Below, piece after piece: positions 1 to 9,885 of a DNA stretch of 64,000 nt. This stretch comes from an uncultured Caldisericota bacterium. Its GTDB lineage: Bacteria; Caldisericota; Caldisericia; UBA6126. The position numbers were made by a program, and so were the translations under genes. Under the pieces are notes generated by a model, which had not been told where the DNA came from, did no database searches, and was given only the letters and a program-made list of their open reading frames with translations. Position 1 is the first letter of the stretch. The number at the start of each line of letters is the position of its first letter. The stretch spans positions 1,667 to 65,666 of the forward strand of contig CAYRWA010000053.1 in NCBI GenBank assembly GCA_964427915.1, written 5' to 3'.

Positions 1-58
1 TGAGCGTCAATTCGTGATGTTTAGACGAAAGATTTGTTTGCAATCTTGCATGACTCAT
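1..58 (-). CDS. pyrD: Dihydroorotate dehydrogenase catalytic subunit, 5' end only (runs off window)
   Basis: The minus-strand ATG at 58-56 overlaps the pyrK stop (ATGA). Nineteen codons read MSHARLQTNLSSKHHELTL and then leave the window. Its position after pyrC-pyrK fits the usual pyr operon order. The fragment is too short for motif support. Confidence 0.4.
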   Translation of the reverse strand, partial: MSHARLQTNLSSKHHELTL

Positions 59-837
59 TGTAGGCTCTCCCATTTTACAATCGAACTGGTAAATACAGGA
101 CCATCTTTACAAACTGTCCTCATTCCATCTGTTGTAAGAAATGAGCAACCTAGGCATACTCCAAATCCACAGGCCATTCTTGATTCGAGAGAAACCTCCA
201 GGGGAATATGATTCTCTTTGCAATAATATGCGGCATTTTCCATCAGTTTTGTAGGACCGCAACAGTACATTTTGGAAGGCTTTTTTGAGAATTCTTTTTG
301 ATATTTTTTTAGAAGGTTTTCTGTAAAACACACGGACTTGTTTTCTGAAAGCACGAAATCTGTGTGATGATGAAGGTCGACATTGTGACCTGACAGCAAA
401 GACAAGGGAATACATTCGTGCTGATAGGAAGTGCCCACCCAAAAATCAAAGTACGATTCTGGGTAATAGGCCGTTAAAAAATGGAGAGGAGCCATTCCTA
501 GGCCCCCACCTAACAGTACATTCCAGCCATTTTTAACGGGAGGAGAAAAGGAATTTCCACAAGGAAGGATCATTTCTAACAACTCTCCTGCCTTTGTTTC
601 ACAAAGATTCTCCGTTCCTTTGCCTACCACTTTATATAGTATCGTGATGCTATCAGCAGAGGCTTCAAATATACCAAACGGTCGCTTTAACAGTGTTGTG
701 TTTTTGCCCGGGCAAGAAAGCTGGACAAATTGTCCAGGAGTAATAGTAACAGTAGGAGCTTCAATGCGAAGGATGAGCTGAAAAATATTCTTTGCAATGG
801 TTCTGTGATCTACTATAAGACCATTAGTTTTTATCAC
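55..837 (-). CDS. pyrK: Dihydroorotate dehydrogenase electron-transfer subunit (FAD/NAD-binding, 2Fe-2S)
   Basis: It has the PGQFVQL and GGGLGMAPL flavin-reductase motifs and a C-terminal Cys cluster, ACGFGVCLGC...C. The ORF-track start (TTG 897) has no Shine-Dalgarno sequence. GTG at 837 is preceded by GGGGAAAGG and gives about 260 aa, so I prefer 837. Confidence 0.85.
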   Translation of the reverse strand: MIKTNGLIVDHRTIAKNIFQLILRIEAPTVTITPGQFVQLSCPGKNTTLLKRPFGIFEASADSITILYKVVGKGTENLCETKAGELLEMILPCGNSFSPPVKNGWNVLLGGGLGMAPLHFLTAYYPESYFDFWVGTSYQHECIPLSLLSGHNVDLHHHTDFVLSENKSVCFTENLLKKYQKEFSKKPSKMYCCGPTKLMENAAYYCKENHIPLEVSLESRMACGFGVCLGCSFLTTDGMRTVCKDGPVFTSSIVKWESLQ

Positions 838-2146
838 TGTATATAACCTTTCCCCGAAAAATTGTTGCTCGAATTCGACCTTGAAGCCTTCTTCCAATAA
901 AAGGAGAATTGGTGCTTTTTGAATGAAATGTAGAGGGTACTACATATTCATGGTCGTCAACAATCGTAATGTTTCCACGATACCCTGGTTGAATGCTCCC
1001 ATGTTCTTTTAGCTGCAAAATAGAACTCGGACCCGCAGTGAAAAGGTGAATTAGATGTGGAAAGGAAATCCATCCTTGCAAAACTAATGCTGTGTAGCAT
1101 GCTGCAAAAGATGTCTCAAACCCAATAATTCCAAATGGAGCTGTCTGGAAATCTGTATTTTTTTCCATGCTAGCATGAGGAGCGTGGTCGGTGCCGATAC
1201 ATTGAATCACTCCTTTTCGAATACCTTCTTTCAGAGATTTTTGATCTTCTTCTGTTCGAAGGGGAGGGTTCATTTTGAAATTTGTGTTAGTAGGATCAAT
1301 ATCTTTTTCAGAAAAATATAAATGATGAGGAGTTGTATCCGCTGAAAAATGATACGATTCTTCCGACAGACTTTTCAGAATATCCATGGATTGTTTTGAA
1401 GAAAGGTGTGTAAAATGGGGAGAATAGTTTTCCTCATGACTTATGAGAAGATCTCTTGCAACGCATACCGATTCTGAACTAGAGGGAATACCGGGGTATC
1501 CAAAAGAGGACGTAAGTTGACTCTCATGAAGGATTCCATTGGTAGAAATGTTTTTTTCTTCTTCGTGGAGTATACAAAGATAGTTTTCTTTTTTTGCTAC
1601 CTGCATTGCCTTTCGAAACAGCTGAGGGTTGGTAAGGCCCATCCCATCGTCTGAAAAAACAAAAGGATAGTGTTCGGTATGTGGTTGATTTGATGGAAAA
1701 GCTTCACTCAAAAAAAGCTCAGAAAGTTCTTGGCCTTTTAAATTTCTAGATATTGCTCCAGCTTGAATAACCTCAATGGCACTGTGGGTTTGAATAGTAT
1801 TCTGAACTCTTCTCCATGCATCCAGAGAATCAATTACAGGATTTGTATTTGCCATTGCGACGATAGTAGTATATCCGCCTGTTGCTGCAGAAAAGCTTCC
1901 GCTAGAAATATCTTCTTTGTGGGTTTGTCCGGGATCCCGAAGGTGGCAGTGGATGTCAATAAAACCTGGAACAACAAACTGGTTTGTCGCATCAATCTCG
2001 TCGTTGGGAACTGTATTTGGAAGAGTTTCTGAAACATGAGTAATGAAACCATTTTCGATTTGAACATCAAGTTTTTGAAAACCATCCAAAGGATTTATGA
2101 AAACGTTCCCATTACGGATAACAATGTTCCCGGTAGATATTTTCAT
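824..2146 (-). CDS. pyrC: Dihydroorotase
   Basis: It has the amidohydrolase signatures PGFIDIHCHLRDPG and GTDHAPH. At 440 aa, it lies directly upstream of pyrK. Confidence 0.9.
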   Translation of the reverse strand: MKISTGNIVIRNGNVFINPLDGFQKLDVQIENGFITHVSETLPNTVPNDEIDATNQFVVPGFIDIHCHLRDPGQTHKEDISSGSFSAATGGYTTIVAMANTNPVIDSLDAWRRVQNTIQTHSAIEVIQAGAISRNLKGQELSELFLSEAFPSNQPHTEHYPFVFSDDGMGLTNPQLFRKAMQVAKKENYLCILHEEEKNISTNGILHESQLTSSFGYPGIPSSSESVCVARDLLISHEENYSPHFTHLSSKQSMDILKSLSEESYHFSADTTPHHLYFSEKDIDPTNTNFKMNPPLRTEEDQKSLKEGIRKGVIQCIGTDHAPHASMEKNTDFQTAPFGIIGFETSFAACYTALVLQGWISFPHLIHLFTAGPSSILQLKEHGSIQPGYRGNITIVDDHEYVVPSTFHSKSTNSPFIGRRLQGRIRATIFRGKVIYSDKN

Positions 2147-2235
2147 TGTATAGCCTCTTTTTAATTCATGATTTGTTTTTATTATAATATATAAGTATGA
2201 AGTATTGCATAGGATATTCCTAGAAAAGAGATAGC

Positions 2236-3222
2236 ATGATAAAAGCGTATTGTACCAGTCAAGAAACGTCCCAGACTACGCAAGTTTCAGATTTATCCTT
2301 GAAGAATATTTGGATACATTGTGTACAACCTTCTTATGAAGAGCTAAAAAGATGCTCTGAAGCAACAGGCGCGAACATCGACTTTTTACGAGCAGCTCTT
2401 GATATGGAAGAAGGATCCAGAATAGAAATCGAGCATGATCAAATGATCATTATTATCGATATCCCCGTGCATGACGAAAACGTAAAAAATGAAAGATTTT
2501 TTGATACGATACCATTGGGGATTATTCTGTTAAAAGATAAAGTTATCACTGTTTGTCTACGGGAAAATTCTGTTACATTAGAGCTTGAGAATGGGAAACC
2601 TACAATGCATACATTTAAAAGAACCCGGCTTTTGTTGCAAATATTATATAAAACTTCACAAATGTATATTCGATACCTTCGTCAGATAGATCAGCAGACG
2701 GACGAACTAGAAATTGCAATGCACAAAGAAACTCATAACAAAAAGTTAACACAACTTCTAAACCTTCAAAAAGGGATTACTTATTTTTCTACCTCGCTTC
2801 GATCCAACGAAGCTACCGTAAATAGATTACGGAGTACACAATTTCGGAGCATACATGAACCCGAACTTCTCGAAGGAAAGAAATTTTTGAAAATGTATGA
2901 AGAAGACGAGGAGCTTTTAGAAGATGTTCAAACTGAGAATAAGCAGGCCATTGAAATGGCAGGAATCTATGGTAGGATTCTTGAAAGTATGGGTCATATC
3001 TTTAGCTCTATGATTTCTAACAATTTAAATATCGTAATGAAATTTTTAACAAGCGTTACCCTAATAGCCTCTATTCCTACTTTGATTGCAAGTATCTTAG
3101 GCATGAATGTTACATTCCCCTTTGATACAATATCAGTTACTGCTTTTTGGGGCGTGATGGCAACGACTTTATTGGTTATTTTGATCTTTGTTGTTGTTCT
3201 ACGAAAGAAAAATCTCTTATAG
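2236..3222 (+). CDS. corA: CorA-family magnesium/cobalt transporter
   Basis: A long cytoplasmic domain is followed by two C-terminal TM helices carrying the GMN motif (ILGMNVTFPF). Confidence 0.85.
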   Translation: MIKAYCTSQETSQTTQVSDLSLKNIWIHCVQPSYEELKRCSEATGANIDFLRAALDMEEGSRIEIEHDQMIIIIDIPVHDENVKNERFFDTIPLGIILLKDKVITVCLRENSVTLELENGKPTMHTFKRTRLLLQILYKTSQMYIRYLRQIDQQTDELEIAMHKETHNKKLTQLLNLQKGITYFSTSLRSNEATVNRLRSTQFRSIHEPELLEGKKFLKMYEEDEELLEDVQTENKQAIEMAGIYGRILESMGHIFSSMISNNLNIVMKFLTSVTLIASIPTLIASILGMNVTFPFDTISVTAFWGVMATTLLVILIFVVVLRKKNLL

Positions 3223-3235
3223 GGGGAATATTGAT

Positions 3236-3991
3236 ATGCAAACAAAAAAGAAACGCGATCGATTTAATCTTTTTTTCGGTATCATTGTAGTCGCAGCAGG
3301 AATTTTTTTCCTCTTGCAAAATTTGTTTCCAACTATGGCAGTTTGGGATTTTTTCTGGCCAATTTTACCTATTCTTCTTGGGTTAACATTAATACAAATG
3401 GGTAGCTTGTTTCATGATGGAGGAAGGTCTTTCTTCGTCTTGATTGGATCCATGTTGATGATGGCGGGTTTGTTACTTTTGATCCAGAACTATATCAAAC
3501 ATCCTTATTGGTGGTCTTATGCATGGCCCTTGATTTTTCCTGGTGCCTTCGGGATTGGTCAAATCATATGCAGCAGGAATGGAACAAGGAAAAATACTTT
3601 CCACAACGGATTGTCTTTTCTTATTATTGGCATTGTGTTCTTTTTATTTGGATTGCTATTGTTTCAGTATGTATTTCGGAATTCTCTTTTTAATGAAGGG
3701 ATGAGAAGTCAGCTCAATTATGGCTTTATGATGGTTTGTCTAGGGATATTCATTCTTCTGCCAAAGAAGTATTGTTTTAATCAACACGTTACTCATTCTT
3801 TTTCCAGAGCAAAAGAAAACCTTTTCTCTACTCAAGAGAAAAGCAAAAGTCAGAGTTCAAACACAGACTATACTGCTACAGAAACACAAGAAGAGTCATC
3901 AAAAGAATACAATGAAGGTGGGCCAGAAGCGTCCGAAGCGAATAATAAAACAAACAACTCTGAAGAAGTGGACGACTTCTTAACACATTAG
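3236..3991 (+). CDS. Polytopic membrane protein with an acidic/polar C-terminal tail, function unknown
   Basis: ATG 3236 is preceded by AGGGGG. Several hydrophobic helices are present. The ORF-track start at 3188 overlaps corA and lacks an RBS. Confidence 0.6.
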   Translation: MQTKKKRDRFNLFFGIIVVAAGIFFLLQNLFPTMAVWDFFWPILPILLGLTLIQMGSLFHDGGRSFFVLIGSMLMMAGLLLLIQNYIKHPYWWSYAWPLIFPGAFGIGQIICSRNGTRKNTFHNGLSFLIIGIVFFLFGLLLFQYVFRNSLFNEGMRSQLNYGFMMVCLGIFILLPKKYCFNQHVTHSFSRAKENLFSTQEKSKSQSSNTDYTATETQEESSKEYNEGGPEASEANNKTNNSEEVDDFLTH

Positions 3992-3999
3992 TTGATTTT

Positions 4000-4530
4000 A
4001 TGACAACACTGAAAAAGCTTCTTCTTCAACATTTCCAAAGATATCCTCTTATGGAGGCTATGGATTTTCATAAACTCATTTTTCAGAGTACAATGGGCCC
4101 AGCACATGCTGTAACGTCCATTGAAAACACAAAGAAATGGTTTCTTGAAGAATGGACCCAAACATCTTCTTTACAAGATGTCCCCATGATAGAAGATATT
4201 TCTTACTCCACACCAATCTTTCGAGTGCACTTTGCTCCCTGCAAAAGGAAAGGTATATCTCCAGAAAGGGTATTGAATTGTTTTATCGAATCCAGTGCCT
4301 CTTTCTTGGAAAACTCTTCGATGTATGAGGCTTGTGTTGAAGAATTTGTAGAGATCACAAAGAATCTACCATTTGCACAATTTCATACAGATTTCCAAGA
4401 AATAGCGAAGAGGGTTCAACAGAAAAAGGCCGGTATACCAAGGCACTTAGATTCTTTTCGAACAGTATACCAGCCTCATTATAGAATTATTTCTGGGCGT
4501 TATGCAGCAGACATTTCACCTCATATATAG
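4000..4530 (+). CDS. Hypothetical cytoplasmic protein
   Basis: Clean 176-aa ORF packed tightly after the previous gene. I recognise no motif. Confidence 0.5.
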   Translation: MTTLKKLLLQHFQRYPLMEAMDFHKLIFQSTMGPAHAVTSIENTKKWFLEEWTQTSSLQDVPMIEDISYSTPIFRVHFAPCKRKGISPERVLNCFIESSASFLENSSMYEACVEEFVEITKNLPFAQFHTDFQEIAKRVQQKKAGIPRHLDSFRTVYQPHYRIISGRYAADISPHI

Positions 4531-4565
4531 CGCAATCGAATTGTAGAGGTGCTGGTCTGAAACCA

Positions 4566-5756
4566 TTAATTGGCTTTTTCAATATCACCTGTCCAACTCG
4601 GAAAGCCTTGAAGCATCGAATGGACATCTTGATACCCGGCATTTACAACCCATTCTGCAGCCAATCTAGATTTTGCTCCCGTATTACAATATAGGACCAC
4701 GGGAATGGACTCAGTTTGTTCTGAAACTTTGGGGAAATCTTCTATCATTGAAGTGTAGTCTATGTTAATTGCTCCTGGAATGTGCCCCTCTTTGTAGGCA
4801 GTTTTGTCCCGTAGATCCACAATCATAAACTCAGTCTTTTCTTCTAGTTCATTTAACAAATCCTCGGCTTTGATTTCAGACCAAAATGTAACGCATTCAT
4901 CTTCACGAACGGGGATTTCTTTTGGATACTCGATGCCTATAGTATTTGGTGGAGTCCAATTCACAAGAGCTCCTAGTGTTTCTGAAACAAAACGCAAAGG
5001 TACTAGAGTTCTCCCATTTTGAATAAATGGAGGGACGTCCAAGGTATGTTCAAAGATTTCTCTCTCAATTTTCGTCTGGGCCGTTCTAGAGCCTATGAAT
5101 AGGGTGATTGTCGCTTTTCCAATCGTATACGATACAGTGTCTACTTTTTTTGTTTCTTCTGATATCGTAAAGGAAACTTCTGCATCTAGTTGTTCTCCAA
5201 TCCAGCGGAAGGGTACGAGCGTTCTACCATTTTGCACCAAAGGAGGCGTTTCGAGCAGGATCGCTTCCCCATTTACCGAAGCATTTGCATTGTCTGTGTG
5301 CATCTGAAGAACTTTTTTGTTCATAGCTTTGACATACACGTTAATAATGGAAGAAAGCCGTGAATTTTCCAGGGAACCCACTAGAAATTTTGCACTCACA
5401 ATTCCTTCTGTATCTGCATCATCCGGACAAAAAACGCGAATTCCAAGAGTTGTAGATTGGTTTGGTTGCAAGGGGCCTACGTCATATTTTTCTTGCACAG
5501 AAAAACCATCTACTTCGATTTTTAATCCGTAGCCTGCTGGTAGCTTGCGTGTAATCGAAACAGTATACTTACTTTCTTCATCAAGTAGGTTTGTAATAGG
5601 AATTTCTGTATAGGTGGTAGAACCTACCGCAACAGGAATCATAAAACTGGTTTGAGGTAGTAGTTTTTCCTCTGCTAGAATAGAGTGAAAGCTACATACA
5701 GAAAATAGTAACAAAAAAGAAACAACGGCACATAAACATTTTGTCATGTTTTTCAT
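4566..5756 (-). CDS. Secreted multidomain protein: Ig-like N-terminal region, two copper-amine-oxidase-N-type 'stalk' repeats, C-terminal rhodanese domain
   Basis: It has a signal peptide (MKNMTKCLCAVVSFLLLFSVCSFHSILA). Repeats NGRTLVPFRWIGEQLDAEV and NGRTLVPLRFVSETLGALV are present. The rhodanese active-site loop CX5R is present as LYCNTGAKSR. Confidence 0.8.
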   Translation of the reverse strand: MKNMTKCLCAVVSFLLLFSVCSFHSILAEEKLLPQTSFMIPVAVGSTTYTEIPITNLLDEESKYTVSITRKLPAGYGLKIEVDGFSVQEKYDVGPLQPNQSTTLGIRVFCPDDADTEGIVSAKFLVGSLENSRLSSIINVYVKAMNKKVLQMHTDNANASVNGEAILLETPPLVQNGRTLVPFRWIGEQLDAEVSFTISEETKKVDTVSYTIGKATITLFIGSRTAQTKIEREIFEHTLDVPPFIQNGRTLVPLRFVSETLGALVNWTPPNTIGIEYPKEIPVREDECVTFWSEIKAEDLLNELEEKTEFMIVDLRDKTAYKEGHIPGAINIDYTSMIEDFPKVSEQTESIPVVLYCNTGAKSRLAAEWVVNAGYQDVHSMLQGFPSWTGDIEKAN

Positions 5757-5775
5757 ATCATTCTCCTTTCAAGGT

Positions 5776-6372
5776 CTAATTTTCACTTTCATCATCATTT
5801 TGATTGCCGTAATCAGAAATGAATTCTTTAGTTTGTTGCAATTGAAACACACCTTTTTGCAATTCCTCCATGCAATCTTCAATTTTTGAAATATCTTGCT
5901 GATGAATAGCAGTAGGAAGGTCGGTTACCATTGCTTCGAAATGCTCGATAGCCCCGGTGTATTCTTCATGAATATAGGCAAGCGATGGAGTCGGACTCAT
6001 TGTTTGAGATTCTTCAATGAGCGTTTGCATCAAAAACAACACTTCGTAGATGCTTTGTTCCCATTCTTCTTTACTTCCTTTTTTTGATTGTAGTGTTTCA
6101 TTTAATTCAGAAAAAAGATCTGCCCACTTACTGATTTGATTTTCGAGTTCATTTATATAGAGTAAATCTGGATTTTTTAACATCATATCAAGAGATTCTT
6201 TGTTATCCTCTATTCGTCTTTGTTCTTCATAAGAAGAAGGGGGACGGTTTGGCTGAGAACTATTTTTGTGAGTAAAGAAAAAGACAATAGCATTGCCTAA
6301 TAGGACGACAATAATCCCCCATATCCACCAAGTATGTATCCAACTTGTATGCGACCTTGTTTCTTTTCTCAT
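5776..6372 (-). CDS. N-terminally membrane-anchored hypothetical protein
   Basis: One TM helix (WIWGIIVVLLGNAIVFFF) is followed by a helical acidic domain. No family recognised. Confidence 0.5.
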   Translation of the reverse strand: MRKETRSHTSWIHTWWIWGIIVVLLGNAIVFFFTHKNSSQPNRPPSSYEEQRRIEDNKESLDMMLKNPDLLYINELENQISKWADLFSELNETLQSKKGSKEEWEQSIYEVLFLMQTLIEESQTMSPTPSLAYIHEEYTGAIEHFEAMVTDLPTAIHQQDISKIEDCMEELQKGVFQLQQTKEFISDYGNQNDDESEN

Positions 6373-6547
6373 ACGTATTTAAATCACCTCGTTAGTAGAT
6401 TGTTGTCTATATCGCTGCTATAAATTCTTTACTTTCATCCAGTTAAAAATATACTTATTTTTTTGAAGAATGATTTGTAATTTTTTTCGCGTTACGAAGT
6501 ATAGTATATAGATTCTATGCTTTTAAGTATAGCTTGGAGGATTGTAC

Positions 6548-8200
6548 ATGGGTAGAGAACAGAAAATTAAGCAGCTTCGCAAAGAAGGAATTTTAAAATC
6601 TGTAAAAGTGGATAAAAAAAGAAAATCCGCGATTCGGAGTTTGTATATTTGGATTCCTTCAGTCCTTATTGTTATTGTACTTGTATTTGGTATGTGGGCG
6701 TATTCAGCAAAAGACACCACTGCTACCGTAAATGGTAATCGCATTACCAATAGTGAAGTGGAAGAATTGCTTGAACCCATTAAGGGTCAAATGCAACAAC
6801 AAGGGATAAATCCTGATGATCCAGAGCAGTCAGTAAATGTTGAGAAATATCGAAGTGGTGTTGTTGAAATGTTAGTTAACAAAACTTTAATTGAGCAATA
6901 TGCAAAAGAAAATTCTATTACCATTTCCGAGGAAGAATTAGAAGCAGAAGTTGACAAAGAAATGGAACAGATACGCTCTCAATATCAAACTGAAGAAGAG
7001 TTTCAAGATCAACTGCGGCAATCAACGTTACGTAATGAAGAAAATCTACGTAAGGAAATTCGTCGATCGGTTGAACCAACTCTTCTAGAAGACGCAGTTT
7101 TATCTGACAAGTATGAAACAGTTAATATTACAGAAGAAGAAGCGAGAATATTTTTCAACGCTCCTTCTAGCGTAGAAGCGCAGCGTATTTTTATTGCCAC
7201 GGATCCAGACATGGATGAGGCTACATTAAAAGAAAAAGAAGAACAGCTTATCGATATTCGTACTAAGATTGTCAACAACGAATTGTCCTTCGAAAAAGCT
7301 GTTACTGAGTATTCCGAAGATAACGCCAGCAAAGTAAATGATGGACAAATCTACCTGCAAGAAGATAGTTACGAAGAAGAGCCAGAGCTTTGGAAAGCGG
7401 CGCAAGATTTGTCAGAGGGCGATATTTCCGGTATCATAACAACCGATAAAGGCCATAGCCTTCTTCGTATTAATCGAATTGTACGCAATCGACAGCAGTA
7501 TGATCAACCAGAACATGCTGATATTTTGAAAATTATTCTTGAAGTACCACCAGGTGCTATTGAATCTGAGATTTCTGATATGCAAGCAAAAGCAAGGGGA
7601 TATGTCAATACGATCCGTTCTGGAAAAGAAACGTTTGAGAATATTGCTACTACATATTCTAAAGAACCGGAACAGGGTTTGAACCCAAATCCTCTCTATA
7701 AAGGATCTAATCCACCCATTGATGAAGTAGTATTTGGTTCTTTGCAAGAAGGTGAAGTATCGGATCCAATTACAACTAGTGAAACAACCTTTGAGATCAT
7801 CAAACTTGTTAAAAAATATCCTGCAAAAACAGCTGTATTTGAAGAATTGAAAAATGATATTATAGAACGAATGGAGAATCAAGAAAAAAGTAGAATTCGA
7901 GAGTTGTTTCTTGAAGATCTGCGAAGCCAATCCCGTATTTCTCACTCGAATCCTTGGCAAAGAATGTCAGCATGGTGGAATCAGACATTTGGAGGATTCT
8001 TTGAATCTGTTAAGAATTGGGTACGAAGTTTTACGGTAGATCCAATTCCCGAGAACTTAACTCCTACGGATGGTGGAGATTTCCAAAGCCCTATGACCAT
8101 TCCAATTCAGGGAGAAGATGGAGAGCAATCCATTACAATTGACCCCTCGATGATGGAATCGATTGATGTACCTGTTGAAGGACAAACTCAGAACCCATAA
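6548..8200 (+). CDS. Membrane-anchored SurA/PpiD-like chaperone with parvulin-type PPIase domain
   Basis: It has an N-terminal TM helix, a SurA-N-like helical region and a parvulin-like segment (VEAQRIFIATD...FEKAVTEYSED...DGQ). ATG 6548 lies 6 nt after GGAGG; the TTG at 6542 abuts the SD. Confidence 0.7.
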   Translation: MGREQKIKQLRKEGILKSVKVDKKRKSAIRSLYIWIPSVLIVIVLVFGMWAYSAKDTTATVNGNRITNSEVEELLEPIKGQMQQQGINPDDPEQSVNVEKYRSGVVEMLVNKTLIEQYAKENSITISEEELEAEVDKEMEQIRSQYQTEEEFQDQLRQSTLRNEENLRKEIRRSVEPTLLEDAVLSDKYETVNITEEEARIFFNAPSSVEAQRIFIATDPDMDEATLKEKEEQLIDIRTKIVNNELSFEKAVTEYSEDNASKVNDGQIYLQEDSYEEEPELWKAAQDLSEGDISGIITTDKGHSLLRINRIVRNRQQYDQPEHADILKIILEVPPGAIESEISDMQAKARGYVNTIRSGKETFENIATTYSKEPEQGLNPNPLYKGSNPPIDEVVFGSLQEGEVSDPITTSETTFEIIKLVKKYPAKTAVFEELKNDIIERMENQEKSRIRELFLEDLRSQSRISHSNPWQRMSAWWNQTFGGFFESVKNWVRSFTVDPIPENLTPTDGGDFQSPMTIPIQGEDGEQSITIDPSMMESIDVPVEGQTQNP

Positions 8201-8210
8201 GGACAATATT

Positions 8211-9287
8211 ATGAACAAAGATAAATTACTTCGTAACAAGAATAAAAATACAAGTCAACAAGGTTCTTCGAAGAGAATACATTGGAAAATGCTCTTCATC
8301 ATTATTCCCATCCTTGTACTCGCTTTTGTTTTTACTTGGTTTTATCAAGCTAAAGATATTGTGATGAGTGTTGGACCACTTCCTATCACTACAGAAGAGC
8401 TTGAAATCGAAAAACAAAGACTCACCCCCCCGGATTATCAGCAGAAACTGAAAAATATGGATGAGGAAGACCGCATTACTACTGAAGAGCGTGTTCGCGC
8501 AAAAGCTCTTGAGAACTTGATGAAATTGAAATGTGTATATTTGTATGCACAAGAGAATGATATTACCGTAACCAAAGAAGAAATTGATGAGAAGATTGAA
8601 GAATATGCCCAATCCTTTTCTTCCAGTCCGGATGAATCGGTTGATATTAGGACTACTTTGTCTGACTATGGGATCCCTTGGCGTTCTTTTTGGAACGATA
8701 TGAAGTATCAAGCCCTCTACGACAAAGTCCTGGAGCCAATTCGTAAAGGAGTACAAGCAACAGAAGAGGAAATGCGTGCACATTACAATGAATTTGCTCC
8801 TTACTACGATGTTCCTGCTAGGGTGCACCTCCACTTTATTGTCGTTGAAGAAGAGGAAGTCGCCAAAGAAATTATGGACCAACTTCTTGATGGAGCAGAT
8901 TTTGAAAAAATCGCTCAAGAGAAATCTATTAGTCCTACTGTAATGTCAGATAAGGGAGATATGGGCTGGGTCACAAAAGATGAATTGTATACAGAAATTG
9001 CCAACAATGTCTTTTTACCCGAATTTTTACTCGGAGAGTACTATCTACTCCAAGCCAGAGATGGGTGGTATATTCTACGAGTTGACGAAAGAACAGAAGA
9101 AAAAAAGAATACATACGAAGAAGTTAAAGATCTGATTGAAGAAGATGTTATTTACCAAAAACAAGATCAAGCAGTAAATGGCTTCATGAATCGTCTTTCT
9201 GATCAATACGAGTTTCAAATGGTCGTCGGTAACCGCTGGACTACATTTTTAGAATGGTGGGACCGTCTTAGAGGAGTGGTTGAATAA
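8211..9287 (+). CDS. Membrane-anchored SurA/PpiD-like chaperone with parvulin-type PPIase domain (paralog of the previous gene)
   Basis: It has a TM helix and a parvulin segment (ARVHLHFIVV...DGADFEKIAQEKSISPTVMSDKGDMGWV). ATG 8211 is preceded by AAGGA. Confidence 0.75.
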   Translation: MNKDKLLRNKNKNTSQQGSSKRIHWKMLFIIIPILVLAFVFTWFYQAKDIVMSVGPLPITTEELEIEKQRLTPPDYQQKLKNMDEEDRITTEERVRAKALENLMKLKCVYLYAQENDITVTKEEIDEKIEEYAQSFSSSPDESVDIRTTLSDYGIPWRSFWNDMKYQALYDKVLEPIRKGVQATEEEMRAHYNEFAPYYDVPARVHLHFIVVEEEEVAKEIMDQLLDGADFEKIAQEKSISPTVMSDKGDMGWVTKDELYTEIANNVFLPEFLLGEYYLLQARDGWYILRVDERTEEKKNTYEEVKDLIEEDVIYQKQDQAVNGFMNRLSDQYEFQMVVGNRWTTFLEWWDRLRGVVE

Positions 9288-9874
9288 TGCAGAACCAAGT
9301 AGAAGAGAAAGATAACCAACAGCAGCAAAGCAATATACAAACTACAAACAACGATGCTCCGTTACACGATGAAAGCTCTTCCGGGCATGATATATCACAA
9401 TGTTCTACAAAATCTTGCTGTCGTTTTCGATGGCTGGGTACAGTGATTATATCTCTTGTTGTACTATTTTTCTTCTCATTTCTGTTGTATTTACTCATCC
9501 CATCGCCTTCCAAAACAGTACGGAACTTCTTTTATGCCCTGATGAATGAAAACTATCCCGTTGCCTATTCATATATTGCTAAAGATTACAAGAAAAGCCG
9601 TGGATCCTTAGAGAAATTTACATCAGACTATGATAATGCAGTAAGGTCTGGAACAAGAACTCGTGCGATACGGGTGATTGAAGATCGGAAAACGAGAGAA
9701 AAAAACCAACGAATCGTTGTTGTTGAAATTGATGTATTGTATCAAGGATCTGTTGTAACAAGCGTAGGGGCTTATCTTTGCGAACGAATACCCCAAGAAG
9801 GTTGGAAAATTATAGGCAATGTAACCAATGAATACAATAAAGAACAAGCTCAAAAGCTTGTACCTCAGCAATAA
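9287..9874 (+). CDS. Membrane-anchored NTF2-like/DUF4878-like protein with Q/N-rich N-terminus
   Basis: Its start overlaps the upstream stop (TAATG). It has one TM helix and then a domain beginning VRNFFYALMNENYPVAYSYIAKDY. It is a paralog of the next gene. Confidence 0.6.
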   Translation: MQNQVEEKDNQQQQSNIQTTNNDAPLHDESSSGHDISQCSTKSCCRFRWLGTVIISLVVLFFFSFLLYLLIPSPSKTVRNFFYALMNENYPVAYSYIAKDYKKSRGSLEKFTSDYDNAVRSGTRTRAIRVIEDRKTREKNQRIVVVEIDVLYQGSVVTSVGAYLCERIPQEGWKIIGNVTNEYNKEQAQKLVPQQ

Positions 9875-9885
9875 AGGAGATGATT

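Noticed and set aside
8226-8918. A 230-aa ORF lies antisense to the second PPIase gene. A similar case is 7412-7960, antisense to the first.
   Set aside because: The sequence is F/K/N/I-rich with low complexity, has no RBS, lies fully inside a well-supported sense gene, and is typical of spurious antisense ORFs in AT-rich DNA.
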